Shown here: in pieces, positions 53,420 to 63,991 of the stretch
How positions within the stretch are numbered: the first letter of the stretch is position 1
Layout: every line of letters begins with the position of its first letter
Notes under the pieces: model-generated
Told to the model about the DNA's origin: nothing
The model's database searches: none
Seen by the model: only the letters and a program-made list of their open reading frames with translations
Translations under genes and position numbers: made by a program
Source: Takakia lepidozioides
Lineage: Eukaryota; Plantae; Bryophyta
Assembly: GCA_030704615.1 (NCBI GenBank)
Contig: CM060732.1
Coordinates: forward strand, 67,580,001 to 67,644,000
Direction of reading: 5' to 3'
DNA length: 64,000 nt

Positions 53420-53852
53420 GTCATAAACAAACAAAATAAAAAATGGAAGAGGACAGATTTTGGGATCTAACTTTTTGACATCTACAATTTGGTTCGCAAT
53501 GAACCTTGAAAAATACTTAGAAAATCAAGCTACCCTTCCAAAGACATATCACGCACTATCGTGAATGGATATAACAATAAACAAGGGGCCAAAATGTAAA
53601 ACAAACTCAAACTGCCATAAACAAACAAGATGAAAATGGATGGGTTCAAATTTTGGGATCTAACTTTCTGACATCAATCTGGTGGGCAATGAAACTTGAA
53701 AACAAAGTAGACAACCAAGCTACATCTCCAAAGATGTTTGTCAATTTTGCCTTACTTCTGGCCTCTTCTTTCTTGTCAACTCTATCAATGCAAGTATATG
53801 ATATGTATTTGGAAAGATAGCTTGGTTGTCTAATTTTGTTTTCAAGTTCATT
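53420..53852. repeat. Tandem plus inverted (foldback/MITE-like) repeat, cut off at the CACTA terminus
   Basis: Two direct ~120-bp units at ~53420 and ~53613. 53688-53733 is the reverse complement of 53808-53852. Confidence 0.65.
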
Positions 53853-54480
53853 CACTACAACAGATGAGCGTTTTTATGACTTCACATATGACTATTTTTT
53901 CAGTCTTATATGCGTTCATGACTACATCACTCTGTAGTGAAAAAAAACCCTGTCATAGCGACTAGTCTTTAGGACTGCGTTTTGCAAGTCATATCTGTGA
54001 CTGCTTGCGTGGCACCTGGTGTCCTGCTGCAGAGAGGGTTGCAGTCACAACTATATGACTAATATATGACTACATTGTCTGTTGAGCGCTGCCTACATGG
54101 AGAGGCTTCAGCGGGACACGTGCGCCACTGCGCAAGCGACACGTCATGCATTCGTCAGGGGATCATATGACTATATGTCTGCAAAGTGATGCCTACATGG
54201 AGAGGCGATGGATGGACACGTGCGCCACTGCGAATTTGACATGTCACGACTTCTTGCCATGATCATATGACTACATGTCTGCACAGTGACTGGAGAGTTG
54301 TTAGCGGGACACCTATTGCACTTGAAATGTGACATGTGGCACACAGACAAATATATGACTAGCATATATGACTACGGATCTTTACACGTGGTGAAAATAT
54401 GGATAAAGAATGACGTGTCACATACTGCCACGTGTTCTGGTTTGAGCAGGAGTGATGCCACGTGTCATCAAGATTGTTTT
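53853..54480 (+). mobile_element. CACTA-type DNA transposon terminus with subterminal repeats (element extends rightwards)
   Basis: Begins CACTACAACAGA exactly where the flanking hairpin arm stops, followed by repeated ATATGACTA/TAGTCAT units in both orientations. The other end is not seen in the window. Confidence 0.7.
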
Positions 54481-55012
54481 CCGAAATAGTTTATATTTTT
54501 AATGTTTATATTTTAATTTTTAGTTTTTATTTAATATTTAAAAGAACAGGGTGCAGCCTTGGAAAATTTTATTAAATGGTATTATTTTTAATATTATTAT
54601 TTAAAATGAAAGTGAATTAAATGATTTAAATTCTTCATTACATGGTAAAATTCCAACATGAAAACAGAATGGATCCCTCCTGCATACTATCAACCACAAG
54701 GAGAATGAAAATAGTCAACTACAGGGGGGCTACTTGCCGGGTCGACACTCTTACCCCTGGTCTGTATCGGCTTGTCGACAATATCACATTTCTTTGTCAC
54801 AAGCTCCTGTGTCACAGACCAGAGAACAACCAGGAAAGCAATGAGCAAACAGGAATAGTGAATAGAAACAAAATCCCAAGTATGAATCAAACAAAAAAAG
54901 CCAACATGAAAACCTGCAAAGAAAACCTAGCATTAATCAAGCAACCGAGGAGAAGCATCCAGGAAAGCAATGCAATGAATGAACCCACAAAATTGTAGCC
55001 TCTGGAGCACTG

Positions 55013-56206
55013 TCAGAATGTTTGTACCTTCACAGTAGCAGTGTTGTATGGTTGTTGTCCGAAAACAGGCTGAGACTCCAAAAACTTGGGAATACTGGCA
55101 GCTTTCGATGCCTTCCACAAAAAAGGCCACAACACCTCTGTTAGATACTCATCAGTTCGTGAATCTGGTTGCACTTTCCATGGCTCTGGAAAAATCCCAC
55201 TGAAGGGAGGATTGTTTGCCGCCTTTCTTGGTGTGTCGTCAACAAGAACAGTGTCCTCATAAGTCCATTCTGGCCAGTCTGCCCACACTCTAGACAAGTT
55301 CTTGAAATATAATGGTTTTGAATCAGACCCCTTACGGCATGGGAGGACTGGATCCTCGTCACAGTGAAGAGCATCCCACTGGAAAACCAGCTTAGTGTGG
55401 GCTGCAAAAATATAGTCCACCATTGGGAAGAAGTTGCGAGCTTGGCAACAAGACCACACCGCCACCTCAAAGTGTTCAAAACACTTTTGCAAAAAGTCAT
55501 AACAATGTGGTCTCAAAACTACCATCTTCTTGCCACACATCTTCCCCACAAAACCTTTGGGAAGGGATGCAGGCCCATTAGCAGAATGAAAAGATTCACA
55601 TAACAGACCATTTAAGTCCAGAATTAGTAAATGCTTCCTCGCTGGTCCAGGAAGTAAACTGTCATTTGGCTTCAACATGTGAGCAGGAGAAATTAAAGCA
55701 ACCTGCTTGTTTGTTTTGTCCCCGTCTGCATCTTCCTCCCCATTTAAACTCCCACATACCTGCATACCAGAATCCAGTGTGCCCGGCAGCTCTGTCACCA
55801 TTGCCCCCTGGACTGCTACTGCCTTTGTACGTGGCAAGGGCTGAATTTCCACGTGTACCTCACAGTTGGCCTTCCCTGTATCCTGCTGCTGCTCGGTCAA
55901 ATTCAAAAGATCATTAGTGACAGGAAGACATAAGGGCTTAGAGTGAGCACTAGTTACCGTCTGAAATTGGGATTCCAAACATTTTGATACTGTCACAGCA
56001 GACGCATCCATCGTAGATGTCACTGGTCCTACGCCTGGTAGATTAATCCCCAATCTGGCCACAATGGCTTTCTGGTACTCAATCATGTTCTGCATCTGTA
56101 ATTTTAAGTCTGCCATGTCACGTCCTTGTGATTCCACCAGTTTGTCCAAGCCATCCATCCTGCCAACTACTGTAGAATATGCGAGACTTCCCTCCTGCCA
56201 ATCCAT
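55013..56206 (-). CDS. FCP1/SCP (NIF, HAD-superfamily) phosphatase-like ORF inside the transposon nest
   Basis: HLLILDLNGLL (motif I variant), LRPHCYDFLQKCFEHFEVAVWS, KPLYFKNLSRVW and TVLVDDTPRKAANNP, with an N-terminal short coiled coil and low-complexity region. Confidence 0.82.
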   Translation of the reverse strand: MDWQEGSLAYSTVVGRMDGLDKLVESQGRDMADLKLQMQNMIEYQKAIVARLGINLPGVGPVTSTMDASAVTVSKCLESQFQTVTSAHSKPLCLPVTNDLLNLTEQQQDTGKANCEVHVEIQPLPRTKAVAVQGAMVTELPGTLDSGMQVCGSLNGEEDADGDKTNKQVALISPAHMLKPNDSLLPGPARKHLLILDLNGLLCESFHSANGPASLPKGFVGKMCGKKMVVLRPHCYDFLQKCFEHFEVAVWSCCQARNFFPMVDYIFAAHTKLVFQWDALHCDEDPVLPCRKGSDSKPLYFKNLSRVWADWPEWTYEDTVLVDDTPRKAANNPPFSGIFPEPWKVQPDSRTDEYLTEVLWPFLWKASKAASIPKFLESQPVFGQQPYNTATVKVQTF

Positions 56207-56608
56207 GAAAACTTGCCCAAGTATCAGCGTAGCTATGGCGTGAGCCCAGCCCCGTGAGCCTGGGAGCTGAGCTCACATTGCAAAGCGTGAGCGGCACAAA
56301 TCTGCTGGAGAAGCAGGCCTATAGGCGAGGATTGCAAGAAGAGGGCCTATTACCGTGGACAAAACAAAGAGGGCCACCATGCACCATGTCTGCAATGCCT
56401 GCACAAAAAGAGGAATATGAAAATATGGCAGAATTGAGCTCAGAATGATTGACAAACTTTATTTCAATTCACAGATAGACGCTTACAATGAATGGCATGT
56501 GCATTTGCCCTGGTTCCGTGAACGAAATATATGTGTTTGTCCTAAATGCAAAGTCTTCACACGGTAACCTGGAAACCAGCGTGGGAAGCGGGCATGGCTC
56601 GTATGTGT

Positions 56609-58543
56609 TCAAAGAGAATTTGGCGGAGCCCTACGTGAGGTGTCCCGCTGCAGAAGGGTGATGACTTCTCCGTAGCCTAGTGTGGCTTGGTGAATGAATT
56701 GGTCTCTCTTACCGTCGCAACACATAATTACAAGGTATATGTAATATTGATGCTTGCAGGGGACCCACTTCCCTCTCATGCCGAGAGCGCCCTCACGCAT
56801 CGTTACAAAATCCGGACAAGTGCAAGTAGGAAAATTCCCCACGGTAACCTGATATTCTTTGCCATGAAGAACTGAGCCAATAGACGGCACTGTGTAAATC
56901 CGTCCATACCCCAGGGCAGGGACTTCGGTGATACGAGCCACCCGAGCCTGCAAAATTCTAGCCGATTCCATCTTGCATTCGTGATCTGCACCCGAAGCGA
57001 CACGGCGCACTGTTTTTCCATCTCTTTTTGTTGGGTGGGAGTCGGCACCGGGTGGAGGCATTGCCGGAGCATGTGGCACATCTATTCCGACAGTGCACAA
57101 GGGCATCACCCGGGACCATGCAAGACAAAACCCTCCCTCCTCCAGCATGCTTATCTCGGTTGTTGACAGCGACGTCCCAAGTTTCACAGGCCAAATTGCG
57201 GGGGGAGGGGGTTTCATTATCACCGAAGGACGAACTGTTCCCTTGACGCATCATGCCATATCATCTGGGCAGAACCAAAACTTGTGGTCCTTTGACTCCC
57301 CACTATGATAAGGTCGGAACAACCCTGTGAATGTTGGAGCTGGAGTCCCCCTGGAGCCTTTGCATATTTTTTATTTGCATTTCTTGAAAGAGGGGGTCCG
57401 AATTGCCATGCAAGCAACTCTAGATCCTGGTGGGGTGCGTTCTATATGCCACTCACTATCAATGCAATCAAATTCCTGCACCATGGCCACCACCTCCTCC
57501 AATGGGATTCCTGCTGCTGTGCTTACATGTTCTGCACCTGCTCCACTAGAGGAGGACCCACCTGGGAAGGGGCTGGCACACGACTTAGTCTGCACTGGCG
57601 ACACCTTTGGCACAGAGAAATTGACCATGTCTGGGCGATGGGAATCTCCATCTGACCCTGGAAGAGTGTTCAATTTCCTTTTGCATGATCCAAATCTTTC
57701 CTCGCCTTCCAAATGAGGGAGCCTGGATTGCAAAGGGGAGCATTCAGTGCACCTGTTCAGAGCTCTGGCCATCTTCGATGGGTCTCCGGACCTACTCGCA
57801 GCCCTTAGCATCAACAAAGTCGTACCGGGGCCCTTGCCTCCACCCCGTCCCATCAGAAAATTGCGGTACCTGGTTTGTTGTGTAAGTGCCCGCACCATGT
57901 CATCTCCTCCAAGGACATGTCCTATAGGAGGCATAGCACGGAAATGTGAGGAACGAAAGGAAATGGAAGAGGTTCTGCAAGCGACAATCCAAGAACCCCA
58001 AATGAAGAGGCACGATGCAAAATTTGTGATTTTGGGATTCAAGAGGCTTACCGTCGTCATGAAAGCTCCCCACTGTCTGAATCTGAAGTGCCAGAAAACC
58101 AACCAGTCCTCCAACTCCTTCAGGTGGATACCAGTAGCAGCACCAGAGGAGAACCACCAAGCCCGGATTGCATGGTAAGTGCTCTCAGCTTCTCCCATTG
58201 AGGTGGCATTTTTGTACTTGAGACAGAGCCTTCTGTGCTCCAACTGAAGGTCAGGGCGAATGCAGCGCGCGCCGCACTGCATTGAAATTTGCCTGTGCAC
58301 TATCAGCCATGAAGCCCGCAAAATTTGTGTTCTGTACTCCATTGCGCTGCATGACGGCCAGGAGCGAATTCCACATGAGCATCTGGGATTCAGTGTCCTG
58401 CGACTGCATATCACAAATTGCTATTGAGAGCACACGCTGGTACGCTGGATCATACACATGGCACGCCATGGTTGTCCAACCCTTCACCCGTTTGCAGTGA
58501 TCAAACATCAACCAACATTTAGCCAAATCCTGCTGATTGTCTT
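56609..58543 (-). mobile_element. SWIM zinc-finger (MULE-like) transposase, disrupted; 5' part displaced by the LTR retrotransposon
   Basis: WLMFDHCKRVKGWTTMACHVYD...CDMQSQD...FMADSAQANFNAVR (candidate catalytic Asp motifs), WLVFWHFRFRQWG, and SWIM CTCPDF...WVPCKH. There are frameshifts between segments. Confidence 0.75.
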
Positions 58544-59026
58544 TGTCGTGCGCATACATATCGCTACACAACTACACCGCTGTCCAAACCACACCACAAA
58601 CCAACGAACACACTGTTTACACAAAACATGAAAACCAAACCATCACTCTTAGAAATAGTAGTCGAGCCAGGGGCACCCCAAGCTATGGGGACTCCACCCC
58701 ACAACAACCTACACTCCCATCATGAGTACACTCAGATCTAAACGCATGCAGGAGCTCGGTCGCGCAGGCTCAACTCGAGAAAGATGAGCCGCGCGACTGC
58801 CGCTCTTGTGAAGATAAGACGGACCAGGTGTCAAACTAAACTTGACATCTGATTTAACACTTGACCTAAATCCAAGTGTTAAATACAAATAACTAGTTTT
58901 ATTCTAGCTGTTTTCACACTGTGCTTATTTAACTTGACAGGTGTCGTGCGCATACATATCGCTACACAACTACATCGCTGTCCAAACCACACCACACATA
59001 TATGCACAATAAAGTAGTCTGCCACA
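58544..59026 (-). repeat. 3' LTR (483 bp) of the Ty3/gypsy element
   Basis: On the minus strand it starts TGTGGC directly after the polypurine tract GCTAGGGGGGCGAT (59040-59027) and ends ...GCACGACA. Transposase codons resume immediately afterwards. Confidence 0.75.
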
Positions 59027-59286
59027 ATCGCCCCCCTAGCTGGTGGATAGGTCCCTCTACCTCCAGATAGCTACAAGATGAAATAGCCACAACCGTACTA
59101 AGTCCTCCATCACTGTCCCTATTGTACTCAAACTCTATAGACCAAGAGGCCGGGTACAAGAGTAGCCCCATCGTTAGTCGCCGTCTTGCAATCTGTGAAC
59201 TTGAGCCAGGATCTCGTGTGTTCAAGGTCTCCTAGTAGCTGGGCCTTGCGTTTCTTGTTAGCCTTCCATGGTTGTATCCACTCCCA

Positions 59287-62200
59287 CTATCCAATGCAAT
59301 GTGGACATAACCAATCCCCATCTGGAACCATCTCAAGAGGTGGAGTCAAGCATCCCATATGCCAACCTCTAGAGCGTCGATCACACACCAACATGGTGGC
59401 TGCCCCTTTAGCAGACCCACACAACATGCACCTCAAACCTGCAGATACCACTGCCAGGTTTGGGTCAATCCTGCCATCGACATTTGGAAGGTGACATGGC
59501 GCACAATTACGCACATGGTCCTTCCAAGTTATGTCATCCCGACCCTCCAAGACCAAGACGCCTGAGGGCAAGACCTCTCGAACCCTCAAAATAACACGTC
59601 ATGCAGTCACATCCAGGGTTGTAGGAGCAGTCTGCTGCAGATAGACATAGTCACCAGGGTTGAATCTCCGAACCCCAGGACGATAGCCCCCACCACGTAT
59701 GGTAGCATACCTCAACGTATCACGGTGTTGTGCAATGGGCAAGGTTCTCGAAAGCCATGGGCATGACTCTCTTGAACAACTCTGCACGCTGCTCACATGC
59801 ACGTGCCCACACGTCCGGATCGTCAAGGTTAAGAACTGTAGCAGCTTCTCTGCGAATGGATGTAGGCAAATCCGGCTCTCGGCCAAAGAGAAGAAAGTAT
59901 GGTGAGAAGGAGGCAAGTGATGCTTGCTTGCTGAACCTGTAGCCCATGGCTAACCAGGGTAACTGAAGGTCCCAATCTCCTAGGTGTCCCTTCTGCAAGC
60001 CATACTTGCGCAAACCCCTCTTTACTGTCTGAACAACTCTCTCTGCCAAGCCATCGGCCTCAGGATGATCCCGAGAAGTGGTGCGGTGGTCTATCAAGGC
60101 CTTGTCACACAAAGCCTGAAACTCCCCCAAGAACTCTCTCCCTTGGTCCGTGAGTACCTCAGCTGGAGCACCGAATCGGCTAAGCACACAATCCAGGAAT
60201 GCATACGCAGCTCCCTCACTAGCCTTATCAGGCAATGGAACCAATTCAATCCACTTGGAGAAGTGCTCCACCATCACCAACACGTACTTGTTGTGGCGCA
60301 TGGTCAGTGGCAACGGCCCTGCGAAGTCAAGACTCCACCTGTAGCCCAATCCCATGATCGGAAGAGGGTGCAATTGTGGAGTAGGGGCGTTGAATGAAGC
60401 ACGCACCCTGTCACACACCATGCACCTAGCCACAAATTGTTGCACCTCTGTGTGCATACCACGCCACCAATACTGCCCCTGCAGTAGACTATGAGTGCGT
60501 CGCACCCCAAAATGCCCCAACTCCTCATGGGCATGGCGCACTAACCGTGCCCGCTGTGTTGGGTGAGGCACAATCCTCACTCGACCATCCTCCCACACTC
60601 GGAGCAGGTGTGTCCCCTCCCACTTGAACCTCTTGGCTCGTTGTAGGATCCGATCCCTCTCCTTGGCAGTCACAGTGGCTGTCGTGTCTCCAGTGCGGAG
60701 GTAGTCCAACACAACTGAATCCTCATGTATATCTTTGGCGCCACCTTGCTCATTGCTGGCCTCAGGGTCCTCAGACACTTGATCTACAGTCATCCCTGTT
60801 GCAGGTCCAACCTGGCCTTCCGCTGCCAAGATACACAGAAATGCAGATGCATGCCATCCGGGCACCATCTCCTCGTCCGTCTCACCATGCCACCGAGCTC
60901 CAGTGTCATCCTGTTGGCTCGTGCATGGATTGCGACTCAACCCATCTGCATTGCGATTGACCAAACCCGGTCGATGCACCACCTGAAAGTCATACTCTTG
61001 AAGGATGAGTGCCCACCGTGCAAGCTTCCCCGTAAGCTTGTCTGACTCCATCAACCACTTGAGTGGTTGGTGATCCGTGACAAGGGTGAAGAGATTGCCG
61101 TATAGATAGCACCTGAAGTGTGCCACGGCCCACACTGCAGCTAAGCATTCTCCCTCATATGAGCTATACTTAGACTCTGCAGCATTGTTCGAGCGGCTAG
61201 CATAAGCCACTACGAACTCTCTTCCCTCATCATCCACATGTGTGAGCACCGCTCCAAGCCCCAGCATGCTCCAATCTGTATGCAGCTGAAAAGGACGCCC
61301 CCTGATAGGTCGTCTCAAGATGGGCGCCGAGGTCAACCTCGCCTTGAGCTCTTGAAAAGCTTGTTCTTGCTCATCTTCCCACTGCCACTCCTGGTCCACC
61401 TTGGTCAGCTTGGTTAGAGCCTTTGCAATGGCACTAAATCCCTTAACAAACCGTCTGTAATAGTTTGCTAACCCCATGAAAGCTCGAACTCGGCTCACAT
61501 CCGTGGGGCGTGGAACCTGTGCAATGGACTCTACCTTAGTCTGCTGTACCCCCAATCCTCCAGGATATATCATGTGACCCAGATACTCAATCTGGTTGTG
61601 GAAAAACTTGCACTTTCCCGGATGTAACTTCAATCCGTGCCCTCAAGCGCTCAAATACCCCTGAAGGTGTCTCTCATGCTCCTCCACCGTAGCACTAAAG
61701 ATGATGATGTCATCTATGTAGCACCGAGCAAACTCCACCCCTGCTAGAATCCTGTCCATGACTCTTTGAAACTCAGCGGGAGCGTTTTTAAGCCCAAATG
61801 GTAAGAACCGCCACTGGTATAGGCAATCCTTCCCGTGCTCATTGATCCCCCAGAATGCCGTCTTTTGCTTATCCGCCTCCTTGATCGGCAACTGGTGATA
61901 TCCGGATCGTAAATCCAACGTGCTAAAGACCTTGGAATGCCCAATGGCATCAAAGATCTCCTCTGGTGTCGGCATGGCATACCTATCGGACTTGGTCTGA
62001 CGATTTACAGGCCGGTAATCACCGCACATACGTCTCTCCGTCCAATTGCCATAGACATCCTTCTTAGCTGGCATCACTGTGGCTGAAGCATACTCTCCAC
62101 CAGAGAGCTCCACCAAACCTGCCTCCCAGAGATCTTGAGTCCTCATCTGAATCAAAGACCTCTCCATGTCACTGTATCTATAGGGTCTCCGAAAGATTGG

Positions 62201-62419
62201 CGTGTCAGTGGCCAACTCAATACGGATCTCTTGACCCTTCAGTGCTCCCAAGTCCTTCAAACTGAAGGCAAAGCAATTCCTGTAAGCCCTCAGGAACCGC
62301 CGTATACGTCGTCTCTCTCCTCCGGTGACAATGGGTCCAATGTCAGGCTCCCAATTGTCCTCCGTAACTGCAACCTTAAGTCCAGTGGGCTTAGAGGTAG
62401 AGGACGCGTCCCGTGGTTG
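59287..62419 (-). pseudogene. Pol region RT-RNaseH-integrase-PHD finger with three disruptions
   Basis: ORFs 61643-62260 and 59720-61633 are in the same frame (TGA at 61643). There is a 1-nt frameshift near 59740, an in-frame TGA at 59599, and a PHD at ~59290-59435. Confidence 0.9.
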
Positions 62420-63991
62420 CTATGCTGCAACCTCTTGAGCAGTACTCCCTTCCTGCTCAGTCAATGACAAGGCCTCATCCTGCCCCATCATCTCATCATT
62501 GAGAACCTCCTCATCCCGAGAAGAATCCCCAACCTCATCCATCACAGCTGCCTTCGCTGCCAACTCCCTCTGAACCTCGAGCACCTCCCACGTGTGCCAT
62601 GGATGTCTACACCCCGTGGTCCTCACCGGCTCGCCCCCACTCGCTGCCTGTACCGTCTCGGTAGGCAGAGAGACCGTCAAGGGAAGTGCACTCCGCACTC
62701 TACGTTGCTCAGCCATAGCCAAGCTGACAATCCAGGTCAAGCAATTGAGATCCATTGCTTGCCCCAACACCTGACGACGTGATGCCTCAGAAAGAGAAGG
62801 CACCGCCGTGGTCCCAGTGGAAAACCCCATAGCCCGCTCTCGCTCGTCGGCATTAGGCTCCACTAACTGCTGCAACTGAGCATCCCACAGGAGGCCAGGT
62901 CCACCATCCCGAAAAGCATGGGATCCTGGGAAGCTGAGCAGTGTAGGTAATGCTGCTCGTGGTTGACCCACCCTGTTGACCACTGCCAAAGGCGAACGGT
63001 CATCGTGTCTCACACGTTGAGACTGCCTTCCTGTGTCCAAAATGCCATCCACGGTGAGGTGTGCTGGCCGCTGCACCCCATCAAATGCACGCTTGAGCAG
63101 TGCGGGTGGCATCAAGTTAGTCCACCATAGTCGTGGACGATGAGCCCGTGACCCCACTGCAGCTGCATCCAGCAATACTGCTGACCCAAGCCACGACCGG
63201 ACTTGATGCACACTGGCCATCACCCTGGCCCGAGAATCACCCATCAGTGGTACATTCTCCAAGATGTATGCTGGAGATACAGCTTGATGAAGCTGCAAGC
63301 AGCGCAAAATCCGCACCATCTCCCAAAACAGACCCGTCCTCGAGTCTCGCAATCCATTGCCATGCCCGGCTGATGAATGCCCTTGGCAGGGCCAACCTGC
63401 CACTATCAGATCAATGGAGCCAACCTGCTCCAAATCTTGCGCCCCCAACAAGGAAATGTCTGCTGGCAAGGCTTGTTGGTATCCACGAACTGCAGACACA
63501 GGCAACAAGTCAGGGTACTGCTGTACCAACTGAGCCACATGGCGCAGTGAGACGCGTCGTGCAGTCTCATCCCTCTCCACATACAGGTAACGCCTTACCC
63601 GCACACCTGCCTGTAGCACAGCAGCCAATCCGGTGCTGATCCCGCCAAACAAGTCCAGAAGGCAAATGCCTTCATCCGGCCGCTGCCACACAAGAGGTGT
63701 GGTGTCCAATGGCGACAACTGAGGTGGCCCTGGTGCAATCACCGCACTCTCCTCCTCTCCTGACGGTACAAAAGCTTCTACCCAAGCTTGTTGCACCCGT
63801 CCATCAGCAGCTTGCTGCAAATCCTTGCTCGTACCCCACAACGGAGTGTGAGCAACCATGGCAGGCAACTCCGCCGTACCATGCATGTCATCCTGCTCTG
63901 CTGGAGGTGGCACATCCTCTGCATGGGCATTGCCTTCCAGCAACTCTCCAGGCCAACTAACTGCAGCTGTGAAGGCGGCTAGTGTTGGCAT
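62420..63991 (-). CDS. Retrotransposon-encoded C5 cytosine DNA methyltransferase domain (~62730-63670), DNMT3-like motifs; ORF open to the window edge
   Basis: Motifs in canonical order: I LLDLFGGISTG, II YVERD, III ADI, IV IVAGWPCQGHSSAG, V RTGLFWEMVRIL, VI YILENV, VII LDAAAV, VIII AHRPRLWWTN, IX ERERAMGF, X RRQVLGQAM. Confidence 0.92.
   Translation of the reverse strand: MPTLAAFTAAVSWPGELLEGNAHAEDVPPPAEQDDMHGTAELPAMVAHTPLWGTSKDLQQAADGRVQQAWVEAFVPSGEEESAVIAPGPPQLSPLDTTPLVWQRPDEGICLLDLFGGISTGLAAVLQAGVRVRRYLYVERDETARRVSLRHVAQLVQQYPDLLPVSAVRGYQQALPADISLLGAQDLEQVGSIDLIVAGWPCQGHSSAGHGNGLRDSRTGLFWEMVRILRCLQLHQAVSPAYILENVPLMGDSRARVMASVHQVRSWLGSAVLLDAAAVGSRAHRPRLWWTNLMPPALLKRAFDGVQRPAHLTVDGILDTGRQSQRVRHDDRSPLAVVNRVGQPRAALPTLLSFPGSHAFRDGGPGLLWDAQLQQLVEPNADERERAMGFSTGTTAVPSLSEASRRQVLGQAMDLNCLTWIVSLAMAEQRRVRSALPLTVSLPTETVQAASGGEPVRTTGCRHPWHTWEVLEVQRELAAKAAVMDEVGDSSRDEEVLNDEMMGQDEALSLTEQEGSTAQEVAA

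Noticed and set aside
53853-53939. Tiny 87-bp CACTA...TAGTG element
   Set aside because: The TGTAGTG is better explained as a variant of the inverted subterminal repeat; the repeats continue beyond it and the 3-bp flanks do not match.
62420-63991. Host DNMT3/DRM gene or bacterial restriction-modification contaminant
   Set aside because: Intronless, in frame with gypsy RT, inside LTR-bounded sequence, with no restriction enzyme or host regulatory domains seen.
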